From Candidatus Sericytochromatia bacterium (GTDB taxonomy: Bacteria > Cyanobacteriota > Sericytochromatia > S15B-MN24 > UBA4093), in the NCBI GenBank assembly GCA_036676495.1, contig JAKFCT010000057.1, forward strand, positions 1 to 55,485: a stretch of DNA of 55,485 nucleotides, in the 5' to 3' direction. Shown piece after piece: positions 37,679 to 47,042 of the stretch; position 1 is the stretch's first letter, and every line of letters starts with the position of its first letter. A program made the translations under genes and the position numbers. Under the pieces are notes generated by a model, which had not been told where the DNA came from, searched no databases, and was given only the letters and a program-made list of their open reading frames with translations.

Positions 37679-38555
37679 CAGGCTCAGCTTGGAGAGGCAT
37701 AAATTTGCCTACAACAGTAAGGACTTGCTAGTGCAAAAGCTTGAAGATTTAAGCCCATTTGAGTGGATAGAGAATAGCCTCCCGCCCGCACCCAAGAAGT
37801 TCGAAGCTGAGGTCGGCATTACGGTATCCGACTACCTGCCACCCAACTTTCAGGCCTACTGTAAGATCTTCCACCCCATCTACGTCGATCTTTCCGTCAA
37901 AGATAAGCACCTGGCCTGGGATGAGGAAGCCCGAAGGCAGTCTACTGAACTGCCCCATGATTTACCCCCTGAGATTAGGCCCGTTTTGGCGGAGATGCAA
38001 TCACGGGCAACATTGATTTGGGGATTGCCAGACGAGCCGTTTGAGGGGAAGAGGATTCTGTGGAAGGAAGTGGCACGTGAGTACGGCCTGCACTTTCATC
38101 CTGAATTTAGTGAAAGGTCGCTGACAAGCAGTTTTCCAACGCGAAGTTGGCCTCGTTACCTCATTGGGCCTGATGAAGGGCTATTAGATGCAGAGAGCAC
38201 GCACCAGCTCATTCTTCTACTAACGCCGTTTACCGGTAGGCAAGAGTGCTTCTTCTATTATGACAACTTTGCCACACGGAAAGTCGAGACGCTCATTTAC
38301 CGAGGTGCTCTTGAAGAGGTTGCTGATTTCGTTGCAGGAAACCGAGTAGTCTTTGGAACGCCAACCTACTGGTGGCCAGGGGATCGAAGTTGGTGTCTGA
38401 AAACGGATTACGACTCTACGTTCACTCTGGTGGGAGGATCGCAACAGCTTGTTCAGACGATACTCGCTGACCGTGTTTTGGAGGCAGTTGAAGTCTTACC
38501 TTCAACAAGGATCGACGGTCACGCCGACCAAATCAACTTCGAGCGCCAAGGTTAG
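37665..38555 (+). CDS. Hypothetical protein (C-terminal WWP.DRSWC..TD.D motif)
   Basis: 296-aa ORF; start uncertain. Confidence 0.7.
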   Translation: MKVSSRLSLERHKFAYNSKDLLVQKLEDLSPFEWIENSLPPAPKKFEAEVGITVSDYLPPNFQAYCKIFHPIYVDLSVKDKHLAWDEEARRQSTELPHDLPPEIRPVLAEMQSRATLIWGLPDEPFEGKRILWKEVAREYGLHFHPEFSERSLTSSFPTRSWPRYLIGPDEGLLDAESTHQLILLLTPFTGRQECFFYYDNFATRKVETLIYRGALEEVADFVAGNRVVFGTPTYWWPGDRSWCLKTDYDSTFTLVGGSQQLVQTILADRVLEAVEVLPSTRIDGHADQINFERQG

Positions 38556-38910
38556 AGCGGAGCTTCATGGCGTCTACAGCATCGGGCTTGCGGAAGGCGA
38601 GTTACCGCCCGAGCCAGATAACTGCTCGGTTAACGTATGGGCTGACATTGCCCCAGTCGGTAAACCAGGCGCGGAACAGTTCGTTTTCGAAGTTTGCACC
38701 CCGCAGTATCTCCAAGAGCACATCAAAGGAATTGACTATCGCTTCGGAAGGCACCTGCTCATTGTCGAGAATTTCAGCTGGCCGCTCGTCAGGAACGCCA
38801 TCGAAAAGATCTGCCACACCTTTGAGGGGGACACGTGGGATGAAGTCGCCAACAAGATAGGGCGCTACGGATACTGGGAATTTGAGGATTACCGTCCCTC
38901 CAGCGAGTAG
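38551..38910 (+). CDS. Imm8-like immunity protein; start codon unclear (GTT at expected position)
   Basis: RAEL.., F.F.VCTP..L, GRHLLIV, GDTWDEVA.KI.R...WEFEDY. Confidence 0.7.
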   Translation, partial: VRAELHGVYSIGLAEGELPPEPDNCSVNVWADIAPVGKPGAEQFVFEVCTPQYLQEHIKGIDYRFGRHLLIVENFSWPLVRNAIEKICHTFEGDTWDEVANKIGRYGYWEFEDYRPSSE

Positions 38911-38977
38911 CGGTACCCTGTCTGCCAGTGTAGTTGAATCTTGTCTGAGCTATGTTTCCGCTGAAGAAAAAGACCTA

Positions 38978-39166
38978 CTAGGTCTCCCCGGCGGATCTCG
39001 ATGAAACGCGTTTCGTTTCATTCCGAATACGAAAATTCCTCCCCAGCTTCTTGGCTGGCATCTTACCCCCCCTTATCCACCTGAAGCAGATAGTCCTGCC
39101 GATCCCAAGCTCCTTACTGGCTTCAACGGTTGATAAATACTCGCTTTGGCTCTTCGTCTCCACCAC
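38978..39166 (-). pseudogene. Excisionase-family (HTH_17) DNA-binding remnant
   Basis: YLSTVEASKELGIGRTICFRWIRGGKMPAKKLGRNFRI; 3' end runs into a repeated hairpin element. Confidence 0.65.
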
Positions 39167-39463
39167 CGTAGAAGCGAATGCAGTACGAACATAGAGTTCT
39201 TTCCTCCGGAAGTGAAGCAGCACCACGGAAGCTCAATTAATCACAAGCATGTCCAGGCCGTATTGTTTGCTGCATATTTTTCCACGTCAATAATTTGCGA
39301 CAGTATAGCCGTAAGCCAAGTAATTGAGCGCGTCTAAAGTTCTGTTACTGGTTCAAAATATTGGACTTTCAAATGGTGTGGCGTTTGGTGTACAACTGAG
39401 TGGCCGCATAATCTATGGGGTGCTTTATTGGCAGGCATAGAACCAGAACGCAGAAGGAAAGAA

Positions 39464-41296
39464 ATGAGACGCATTACACTCCTAATCACCGCTACGCTTT
39501 TAGCATCAAGTTGTTCGCTTCGTCCTACGCCGCATCAGGTGGTCACTCTAGCGAATGACCACCAAACAGCCCTTAGTCAGTACCATAAACCGCTCTCACC
39601 CGAAGAACTTTCAGAGATTTCTCGTCGCCTACAAGCACTTAAGACACAGCAAGAGCACGGTGACTACTCCGTGCAAGCATCAAAGCCGAAATACGCATAC
39701 AAAGGCATTCCAGGTCACCGTCACATTGATCAATTTTCGAAAGATGAATTAAATAAAGCTTCAGAAAATGAGCTAGTCGTAATTTTATTTGATAATGCAA
39801 AATTGGATAAACTTAGGTATAGGTTGGCTAATATGGGGTATTTCATTAGTGATTATTATTATGACACAATAATTGTACGCCTTGCGGATTCCGGGGAAAT
39901 CGGCATAAAAAAACATTTTAAAATATTAGAAGGCTTCCCAGAGGTAAAGGTAGTTTCACCGAGGTTCTATATAGATGCTTCTTTAAATAGCTCTGATGCA
40001 AATTTGCCGGCTCAATGGGGGGTAAGTCGGATTAATGCTCAAACTGCTTGGGAGTATCCTGGAATTCGTGAGTCTACGTTTAAGATTGCCATGCTTGATA
40101 CAGGAGTCGATTGGTTTCATGGTGATTTATCAAGCAAAGTTTCTCCAGATAGTATAAGGATTGTTCGTAATACTTCCGCGGGGCACCCTCAATTTGCTTA
40201 CGATGTGTATGATCAGAACGGTCATGGAACTCGTGTAGCTGGAATTGCAGCAGCAGCGACAAATAATAGTTTAGGAATTGCAGGGGCTGGATGGGGTTCG
40301 CTCATTCTGGCGCTTGCTACTGAAGAGCCAATAGGGGCCGATAATTTTCCACACGATTTTCTTAGGTATGCAACCCAGCTTGCGACTGAAAAAGGCGCTA
40401 AAGTTATCAACCTTAGTGCCCGTTCAACTGTGGATTCATGGATGTTGAGAGATATGGTTGCCAGAGCAGAAAGTAGCGGAATTCCAATAATTTCAGCATC
40501 AGGCAATGATAACTCCGCAAGTTTATATTACCCATCTGGATATAATAATCAGAACATTATTTCTGTCGGTGCTATCGACGAGAGTAATAACAGGGCTTCA
40601 TTTAGTAACTACGGTCCAAGTCTTGATCTTGTTGCGCCAGGTACAAATATCCTCAGTACAACAAAATACAACACCTACTCTTCTGCGTCTGGAACTAGCA
40701 TGGCTGCCCCGTTTGTCTCAGGCGCTTTTGCCAGTCTTTGGTATGCTTGCCGGGCATTGCCTTACGGGCAAATTCGAGATGTTCTATACATGACGGCAAT
40801 TAAGCCCAGTAATTATACTTTTACCAATGATTTTGGTTGGAATCAAGAAGTCGGATATGGGATTTTGAATTTTGGGAACGCGGCTAAATTTTTGCTTGAT
40901 TCAGGTGTAGTTTATCAATGGAGCACATCTGTGCGCGGTATTACGGCTTGGTCGAACAATCCGGCAGAGAGCTTTTCTGGGACATACCAGCGCATGAAAT
41001 TTGGATTAAGTGTCACGCAAGTTCCAGGTACAGTTCCTGTCTACCGTCGTTACTATCCCCCTAACGGTGACCGAATACTGACGACGGATATTAATAAAGA
41101 TAGTTATTACGATTATGAAGGCATTATTGGATATATTGCACAATCTCCTTTACCGTCAGAGGGAATGGTTCACGCATTGCACCATTTCTGGAAAGCAGGG
41201 CAAGGTCATTACTACACCACAGAGTATTCGGAAAGCGATTACCTTTTTAGTAATGGGTGGAATTACGCTCAAGTTATGGGATATGTTCGTTACTAA
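39464..41296 (+). CDS. S8 subtilisin-family lipoprotein protease with C-terminal aromatic-rich domain
   Basis: Lipobox LASSC; LDTGV, GHGTRVAG, SGTSMAAP; tail VYRRY..HYYT; strongly AT-rich. Confidence 0.92.
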   Translation: MRRITLLITATLLASSCSLRPTPHQVVTLANDHQTALSQYHKPLSPEELSEISRRLQALKTQQEHGDYSVQASKPKYAYKGIPGHRHIDQFSKDELNKASENELVVILFDNAKLDKLRYRLANMGYFISDYYYDTIIVRLADSGEIGIKKHFKILEGFPEVKVVSPRFYIDASLNSSDANLPAQWGVSRINAQTAWEYPGIRESTFKIAMLDTGVDWFHGDLSSKVSPDSIRIVRNTSAGHPQFAYDVYDQNGHGTRVAGIAAAATNNSLGIAGAGWGSLILALATEEPIGADNFPHDFLRYATQLATEKGAKVINLSARSTVDSWMLRDMVARAESSGIPIISASGNDNSASLYYPSGYNNQNIISVGAIDESNNRASFSNYGPSLDLVAPGTNILSTTKYNTYSSASGTSMAAPFVSGAFASLWYACRALPYGQIRDVLYMTAIKPSNYTFTNDFGWNQEVGYGILNFGNAAKFLLDSGVVYQWSTSVRGITAWSNNPAESFSGTYQRMKFGLSVTQVPGTVPVYRRYYPPNGDRILTTDINKDSYYDYEGIIGYIAQSPLPSEGMVHALHHFWKAGQGHYYTTEYSESDYLFSNGWNYAQVMGYVRY

Positions 41297-41312
41297 CAAG
41301 TAGTCGAGAATC

Positions 41313-41343
41313 GAGGCCTGCTAGTCATTGATCAGCAGGCCTC
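41313..41343 (+). terminator. Hairpin after S8 gene
   Basis: GAGGCCTGCT..AGCAGGCCTC. Confidence 0.6.
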
Positions 41344-41380
41344 CGCATTTCCGAATGTTATATCCCTCCTAAATTGAAAT

Positions 41381-41522
41381 ACTTATGGGTGTTTTTCACT
41401 CGTCCAAGAGGTTCCTGCATGGTCTGAGTGGCATCCGAAGGAATTCCCCCTATCCAAAATCAGCGACTCCCATGCCTCAAAGCAGGACAGCGGGAAGGTT
41501 TGGCCGAAAACGCAATAGTTTA
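41381..41522 (+). repeat. Degenerate ~140-bp intergenic repeat H
   Basis: Aligns with 43278-43412 and partially with 37311-37363. Confidence 0.75.
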
Positions 41523-41583
41523 GAAAATTGATTCTTAGATAATACCTCGTTATTTGTTTGGTTTTTCTGGGGACGTAGCACAT

Positions 41584-43107
41584 ATGAGAGCCATTTTTGA
41601 TGCCGCCAGATTCCTACGCTTACTCGCTTTGACGCTAACCATTGCGACAGGCGTGACAGCGGCAATACCGCCTTATCGCTCTCCCTTTCAATTGCCCATA
41701 ACCCTCGGCTGTATTGCTCTGGCATTCGTCATCTTTCGCTTGAAGCAGCCGCTTTGTGATATCGAGGCGAAGCTTGGAAGCCCCCGTGAAAAGCACAATC
41801 GAGGCGTCGAATACTATTACGGGCTTGGAGTAGCTTTAGACTACGAGAAAGCCTTTAGCTGGTTCAGTGCGGCGGTTGAAGAGGGCTTAACGCTAGCTAA
41901 TTTTTCCCTGGCAATCATGTACGAACAAGGCAAAGGTAGACACAAGGACTTGGCCGCAGCGATTGATTTGTACGAGAGCAGCGCAAAGGATGGGTTTGGC
42001 CCAGCGATGCTTCATCTTGGTAGTTTTTATGAGCGAGGCGAGGTTGTGGCCAAGAATCCCGAGGTGGCCATTTCTTGGTACAAGAAGGCCGCTGAGCAAG
42101 GCTGGCCCGAGGCCCAGGTAACTCTCGGGGTCAAGAATGAGTACGGAGTAGGTACCCAAATTGACTTCTCTGCCGCGCACGCCTTGTACGAGAAGGCCGC
42201 AAACGCGGGGTGCGCCGAGGCATTCTTTCATCTCGGCAGACTTAGCGAAATGGGCAAAGGCGTTGCAAAGGATCTAGAGAAAGCCGTTGATCTGTATCAC
42301 AAGGCAGCCAAGCGGGGCAGCACCGATGGCATGACCGCTCTTGGGTACAAGCTTTACCATGGCGTCGGAATACGTAAGAGCCGAAGGACTTCAGTACGTT
42401 GGCTGACAAAAGCCGCCGAACAGGGTAGTGAACTGGCTTGCTATTACCTGGGCGCGATCCACCAGCAGTCTGGTACAGAGAGAGGACTCGCTGAAGCTCT
42501 ACGCTGGTACCGCAGAGCGGCAGATAGAGGCTATGCAGACGCACTTGCACTTGCTGGTCGAATAGAGGAGAACCTTTCGGAACGAGGGCTCTCTGGTTTT
42601 CAGCCGTTCGAGACTTTCCAGGAGGCAGCTCGAAACGGCAGTAGTCTTGGGATGTACGAACTCGGCAGGTATTACCTAACCGGTAAGCATATTAGCCAAG
42701 ACTATCCCGAGGCGTTGAAGTGGTTCCGGAAGTCAGCACGGATTGGCAATACCGACGCGAAAACCAGCTTGGGAACGATGTACGCTGAAGGGCTTGGAGT
42801 CCCCAAGAACCTCCTTGCTGCGAGGAATCTGTTTGAACCTGCTGCCAATGTGAACAACTCAACAGCACAGTTCAGCTTGGGAGAACTGTTCGCGAAGGGC
42901 TTTGGTGTTGAGAAGAGTCTGATCACCGCGTTGAAATGGTACTTGATTGCCGCTGCTCAAGGAGATGACGACGCTCGAGAAGCTGCTGACCGATTGAGCA
43001 CAGAGATGGACTCCGTCCAAACCGAAGATGCCCGACGCCTTGCCTTGAGTTGGAGAGAAGCGCATCCAGTAGAAACGGCTATCTGGCCGCCCTACCCGTT
43101 GGTGTAA
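41584..43107 (+). CDS. Sel1-like repeat protein with N-terminal TM segments
   Basis: Many A...LG..Y..G.GV..D...A..WY..AA.QG repeats. Confidence 0.92.
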   Translation: MRAIFDAARFLRLLALTLTIATGVTAAIPPYRSPFQLPITLGCIALAFVIFRLKQPLCDIEAKLGSPREKHNRGVEYYYGLGVALDYEKAFSWFSAAVEEGLTLANFSLAIMYEQGKGRHKDLAAAIDLYESSAKDGFGPAMLHLGSFYERGEVVAKNPEVAISWYKKAAEQGWPEAQVTLGVKNEYGVGTQIDFSAAHALYEKAANAGCAEAFFHLGRLSEMGKGVAKDLEKAVDLYHKAAKRGSTDGMTALGYKLYHGVGIRKSRRTSVRWLTKAAEQGSELACYYLGAIHQQSGTERGLAEALRWYRRAADRGYADALALAGRIEENLSERGLSGFQPFETFQEAARNGSSLGMYELGRYYLTGKHISQDYPEALKWFRKSARIGNTDAKTSLGTMYAEGLGVPKNLLAARNLFEPAANVNNSTAQFSLGELFAKGFGVEKSLITALKWYLIAAAQGDDDAREAADRLSTEMDSVQTEDARRLALSWREAHPVETAIWPPYPLV

Positions 43108-43158
43108 GAGGGATCTCCACGTGGCAAAGAAAGCCCCTAACTTCCCGAACCGCCTGGG

Positions 43159-43238
43159 TGTGGCATTTTAAGAGCATTAACCACACCACCCCTCTCTGAA
43201 TCGAGCCCGCCGGTCACAACCCGGCGGGTTCCTCTTTT
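43159..43238 (+). ncRNA. Putative small RNA, family F copy 3
   Basis: TGTGGCATTTT..ACCACACCACCCCTCTC..GAGCCCGCCGGTCACAACCCGGCGGGTTCCTCTTTT. Confidence 0.55.
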
Positions 43239-43277
43239 GAGCTTGTTTATAACCCGCTCATATCTTGAGATACCGAA

Positions 43278-43412
43278 AGGTGTTTTTCCGCCCACCCAAT
43301 AGGCTCCAGCATGTTCTGAAGGGCAACGAGGAGAATTTGCTCTGTCCATAATTTGCGACTCCCATACATCAAAGCCAGACAAAGAGAAGATTTCGGCGAA
43401 GAGCATTAGTTC
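43278..43412 (+). repeat. Degenerate repeat H copy
   Basis: Shared blocks GGTGTTTTTC, AGGYTCCWGCATGKTCTGA, GCGACTCCCAT, TCAAAGC. Confidence 0.75.
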
Positions 43413-43519
43413 AATAGAATAGAAGATTAGATGTATTGATGGTGTATCGTTAGGTGTGTAGCTGGGTGTGCAGCGTAACTAGATAACCAACAACACATGA
43501 TGGCCAGAGGGGTTTCCCG

Positions 43520-44149
43520 GTGAATGTAGAACCGCCAGACCTTGAAGAATTCTCGCGTGACGTTTTTGATCTCGCAGGGGAGCCGCTGGCTCGGCTGTTC
43601 TTCTCAGTGGACGTCGAAGCATCCGCGCGCAAGAGAAGCCACCTAGTCTCTGGCTACTGCGATCAGGTTCTCATCGTACTGGGTAACGATAAGGTTCTAA
43701 CCTTCGAGCAACGGCAGATCCGTTTCTCAAACGAGAATGGGGAAACCGAGGTATTCTTCGACTACGGACTCGAAAGTACTGTCGAGGAGTGGATTCAGCC
43801 CTTCTCCTTCGGTGATTACCTTAGTGCCGAAGAGATGACGGGAACTTATCCCTGGGTCCGAACAGCAGGACAAACGATAGAAAGGGTAGAGTTTTGCGTA
43901 AGCAGTACATCCCTCTGCTTCGAGAGAGACCTTTTCATTCGTAAGAGAATCCTATGGCCTCCACCGTTTGACCTGGCCATCCCAGCAGGCGACTCAGTCT
44001 CTGTCTACTACCCAAGGGAAGTTACTCTTTTCCTCTCATCAGGCTCGAAGCTGGTGATCGAGGGCTTGCTATCGACCGACGGCACCGATTTCTTGGCAAT
44101 AGGTGGAGTAAAGGCGACTCTGCTTGACGAGGGCTCATTGCGAGGATGA
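43520..44149 (+). CDS. Hypothetical acidic protein
   Basis: GAGGGG RBS, GTG start, 209 aa. Confidence 0.6.
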   Translation: MNVEPPDLEEFSRDVFDLAGEPLARLFFSVDVEASARKRSHLVSGYCDQVLIVLGNDKVLTFEQRQIRFSNENGETEVFFDYGLESTVEEWIQPFSFGDYLSAEEMTGTYPWVRTAGQTIERVEFCVSSTSLCFERDLFIRKRILWPPPFDLAIPAGDSVSVYYPREVTLFLSSGSKLVIEGLLSTDGTDFLAIGGVKATLLDEGSLRG

Positions 44150-44382
44150 ACAATCAACGGCCCACCTAGATTCTGTAGGCCTTCCTAAGCACGTCGAAGG
44201 ATACTGGTACCCCATCGAGTTTCCGATCGTGCCGCTTCTGGGATTGTTACTGGGGGCGATCGTCTTACTTGTTTTGAGGCGCCGAAGAAAATTGCGTTGA
44301 CGTGGCGAATACCACCCTTGATCGCATTGCTCCAGGGAGTAGCAAGTTGGCTCGTCGTAAAGCTAATCCGCAAGGGGAACAA

Positions 44383-44730
44383 ATGACCAAGTTAACAAGC
44401 TGGGATCAGCTAATCGGCAAGAGAATCAGTATTGCCATCCAGCAGCCCCCAGACAGATGGCTTAGGCTGATGTTCACCGATGGAACCTATGCTGAGTTAG
44501 AAGCAGAACTTGAACCGCTAACGCTAGACTTCTACTCGGCATCTAGTAATCCGAGGTTTGAGGTGCCACTTCCACTTGGTCGAGTAGCTGGCAAGAAGGT
44601 CGAGAAGCTAGTCGTCCCGTTCTTGGCTCCCGACGTTAGCGACGCGGGCTGGATCACCTTTGGCTTTGACGACAACACGGACGTATTCCTTGCCGCAGAA
44701 CATCCCTATAGAGCTATCAAGCTTAAGTAG
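44383..44730 (+). CDS. Hypothetical protein
   Basis: AAGGGG RBS before ATG 44383; possible internal two-fold repeat (L.GK.I/V..). Confidence 0.6.
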   Translation: MTKLTSWDQLIGKRISIAIQQPPDRWLRLMFTDGTYAELEAELEPLTLDFYSASSNPRFEVPLPLGRVAGKKVEKLVVPFLAPDVSDAGWITFGFDDNTDVFLAAEHPYRAIKLK

Positions 44731-44796
44731 CAAGCCATCCCATGGTGGTAATGAATGTCCGAAAGAAGAAGACCCGCAAAGCCTCCAGGGATGCCA

Positions 44797-45321
44797 CTAT
44801 CCTTCCTCTATTCCATATTCGACAGTCAAATCTCTTAGTAGCGCCAGATGATGGGGCGTTAGAATTCGCTTAGGGGACGCGTCCCACTGCGCGTTAAATT
44901 CATCTAGTCCAACTTCATCGATCAAGTTAAAGACAGCGGATGAAAAGGCTTTCAGGAATTAGGTCGCCTCACAGACTTCATCAAACTCTGGTGGTTCGTC
45001 CTCATTCCCCCAGTTCCATTCCCAACCGACCATTGATGGCTGGTTTTCGCCGATCCGAACGCGAACCTGCTTCGCCTGAAAGAGTTGGTCGCCGTACCAA
45101 TCAATCCGGAAGACCGGGTTTCCTGGCTCAAGCTCAAACAAGACAGACTGCGATGTCCGAAGGAAAAAGAATGCAATAACCGCAATGGTCATTTCAGCAA
45201 GACCGTCAGCAACGTACGAGATTTGGAACTTAGTTCGCTTTTCTCGCACCCGAACATTCACATCAAGCCACCCATGAGAATCAGGAGGCAGGCTGAACTG
45301 GATCTCGCAGGTTGGGACCAT
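44797..45321 (-). pseudogene. Hypothetical (possibly immunity-like) gene with in-frame TAA at 44959-44961
   Basis: HGWL..ISY..D.L..ELEPG; frame continues 53 codons past TAA (FLKAFSSAVFNLIDEVGLDEFNAQW..). Confidence 0.55.
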
Positions 45322-45585
45322 ACTGTACCTTGCCTTCGTTAATGGGGGCTCTGATGTTCGGATGCCAGCTAGAAACATCCTACCCTTGTGAAGCTATGTG
45401 GGCTCCCTATGCAAAAGAACGACCCGCCAGGTCTCCCCGGCGGGTCTCAGAGAAACAATACGCGTTCCATCTGTTTCAGTGGTTTCACGTTCAGACGTGA
45501 GCCGGCCTGACTCACGCCCGTGGGAGAAAAGAAAAAGGGAGACCACCGATCCAGGCGAATGCCATAAAGGAAACGGGGCTCCCAG

Positions 45586-45657
45586 AGCCGGATGTGGGAA
45601 TCGAACCCACGACCTTTCGATTACGAATCGAATGCACTACCGCTGTGCTAATCCGGC
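45586..45657 (-). tRNA. tRNA-Thr(CGT), CCA not encoded
   Basis: GCCGGAT/ATCCGGC acceptor stem, TTCGA-TTCGTAA-TCGAA anticodon arm, GGTTCGATT T-loop. Confidence 0.97.
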
Positions 45658-45881
45658 TTGAACACGTAGGGGATAGTTTATCAAAGCCCACGCCCGCTGT
45701 AAAGGACTTCCACGCTAGCGTTTCATTAACGTGCCCGCTATGCTCGTGACATCCGGCAAGGGTACGTTAAAGGCGGGCGCCTAGCGGGTAGACGGGATCT
45801 AGCGCCTGCTGCTGTTGCGCAAGGCAGCGAAGCTGTCCTGAGGCAACGTTACCGGCTATTGGAGCGATGACGGGAGGCGGA

Positions 45882-46994
45882 ATGCGGGTCGATCCGAGAT
45901 TCCAAGTCGAGGTCACCCACGTCAACCGCCAGCCCATCGGCAGCGCGGCCGCGCCGCCCATGCCGGCCCCCGGGCCGACCCTGCCCGGCGACCATAGCCG
46001 CATTACCCGCGGCTTCCGGACCACCCTCCAGTGGTCCCAGACCAAGCTCACGCGCCCCCTCGAAAGCCAGACCCCCACCGATCGCCTCCAGTTCTCGGAG
46101 TCATGGCGCAAGGCCCGCGACAAGTTCCAGGATCCCGATCTTGCCAACCTCAGCCAGGCCGAGTCCGATCTCGCCGGCTTCCTGGCCGAGCTCGACGCCC
46201 GCGGCCTCAAGAACCATCCCCAGTACCAGCAGCTCTCCCGCCTGAGGGACTCCCTGCGCCGCCTCGCCGAGCGCGAGGAAGCCCGCCAAGCCCCCAAGGG
46301 CCAATCCGAAGGCCTCCTGGCCGAGATGGAGGAAGCCTGGAACCAGCTACTCGGCGTCGTGATCGGCCCCGGCCACCATCAGCAGCGCCTCCAGCGCCTA
46401 CTTCAAGATGGGACGACCATGGCTGCGACCGGCCGCAGGGACTCCGCCATCAAGGCGTTCAAGCGGGCCCTCACGCTCAACCCCGACCATGCCGAGGCCA
46501 ACGCCCGCATCGGTAAGCTCCTGCTCGAGGCCCAGCGGTACCCCGAGGCCGAAGCCCATCTTCAGCGCGCCGTCACCTACCGGCCGCGCGACTTCGACCT
46601 CCACGTCTCACTCGGAGAGCTCTATTACCATCTGGGGGAGAGCCAGCTCTCCGAGCAGGCCTTCGGCCAAGCGCTGATCCTCAACTCCCGGCACTCGGAT
46701 CCTCACGCCTGGCTGGGCATCCTGGCCTACGAGGACAACCGCATGCCCGAAGCCGCCCGAAGTCTCGAGCACGCCGTCGCGCTCGACCCGGCCAACGCCG
46801 TGGCTCGCTTCTACCTGGCCCAGCTCGCTTACCAGCTCAACGACCCGCTGCGCGCCAATTACCAGCTCCAGATGGTCAACCGCCTGGAGCCCCTGGCCGA
46901 TCTCAAGCGCTTTGCCTCCGACAAGCCCGCCCTGCCCTCCGGAAACCCGGATCCGCAGCTCGACGCCCATCGCTGGATTCCGCCCAACCGGTAA
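45882..46994 (+). CDS. TPR repeat protein
   Basis: Several TPR units (A..F.RAL.L.P..A....G); GGGAGG RBS. Confidence 0.85.
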   Translation: MRVDPRFQVEVTHVNRQPIGSAAAPPMPAPGPTLPGDHSRITRGFRTTLQWSQTKLTRPLESQTPTDRLQFSESWRKARDKFQDPDLANLSQAESDLAGFLAELDARGLKNHPQYQQLSRLRDSLRRLAEREEARQAPKGQSEGLLAEMEEAWNQLLGVVIGPGHHQQRLQRLLQDGTTMAATGRRDSAIKAFKRALTLNPDHAEANARIGKLLLEAQRYPEAEAHLQRAVTYRPRDFDLHVSLGELYYHLGESQLSEQAFGQALILNSRHSDPHAWLGILAYEDNRMPEAARSLEHAVALDPANAVARFYLAQLAYQLNDPLRANYQLQMVNRLEPLADLKRFASDKPALPSGNPDPQLDAHRWIPPNR

Positions 46995-47042
46995 CGACCC
47001 GTCAATGCGCGAAGGGATTCCCCTGCGCGACCGCCCTGGGCG

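Larger units (their letters stand above)
36170..45585. mobile_element. AT-richer accessory region at tRNA-Thr 3' end (island-like; boundaries approximate)
   Basis: Visible drop in GC and codon bias, pseudogenes, excisionase-like remnant, adjacent tRNA; no integrase or clear att repeat seen. Confidence 0.6.

Noticed and set aside
41383-43406. Short minus-strand ORFs sharing C.S(D/E)HAG
   Set aside because: They are translations of non-coding repeat H, with inconsistent starts and ends
36350-44900. Integron attC sites in the island
   Set aside because: Isolated GTTRRRY matches without paired RYYYAAC and hairpin; no intI
31005-45585. 12-bp repeat CGGGGCTCCCAG at 31005 and just beyond the tRNA 3' end as attL/attR
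   Set aside because: Short, GC-rich, excludes tRNA sequence and falls inside E4; chance is plausible
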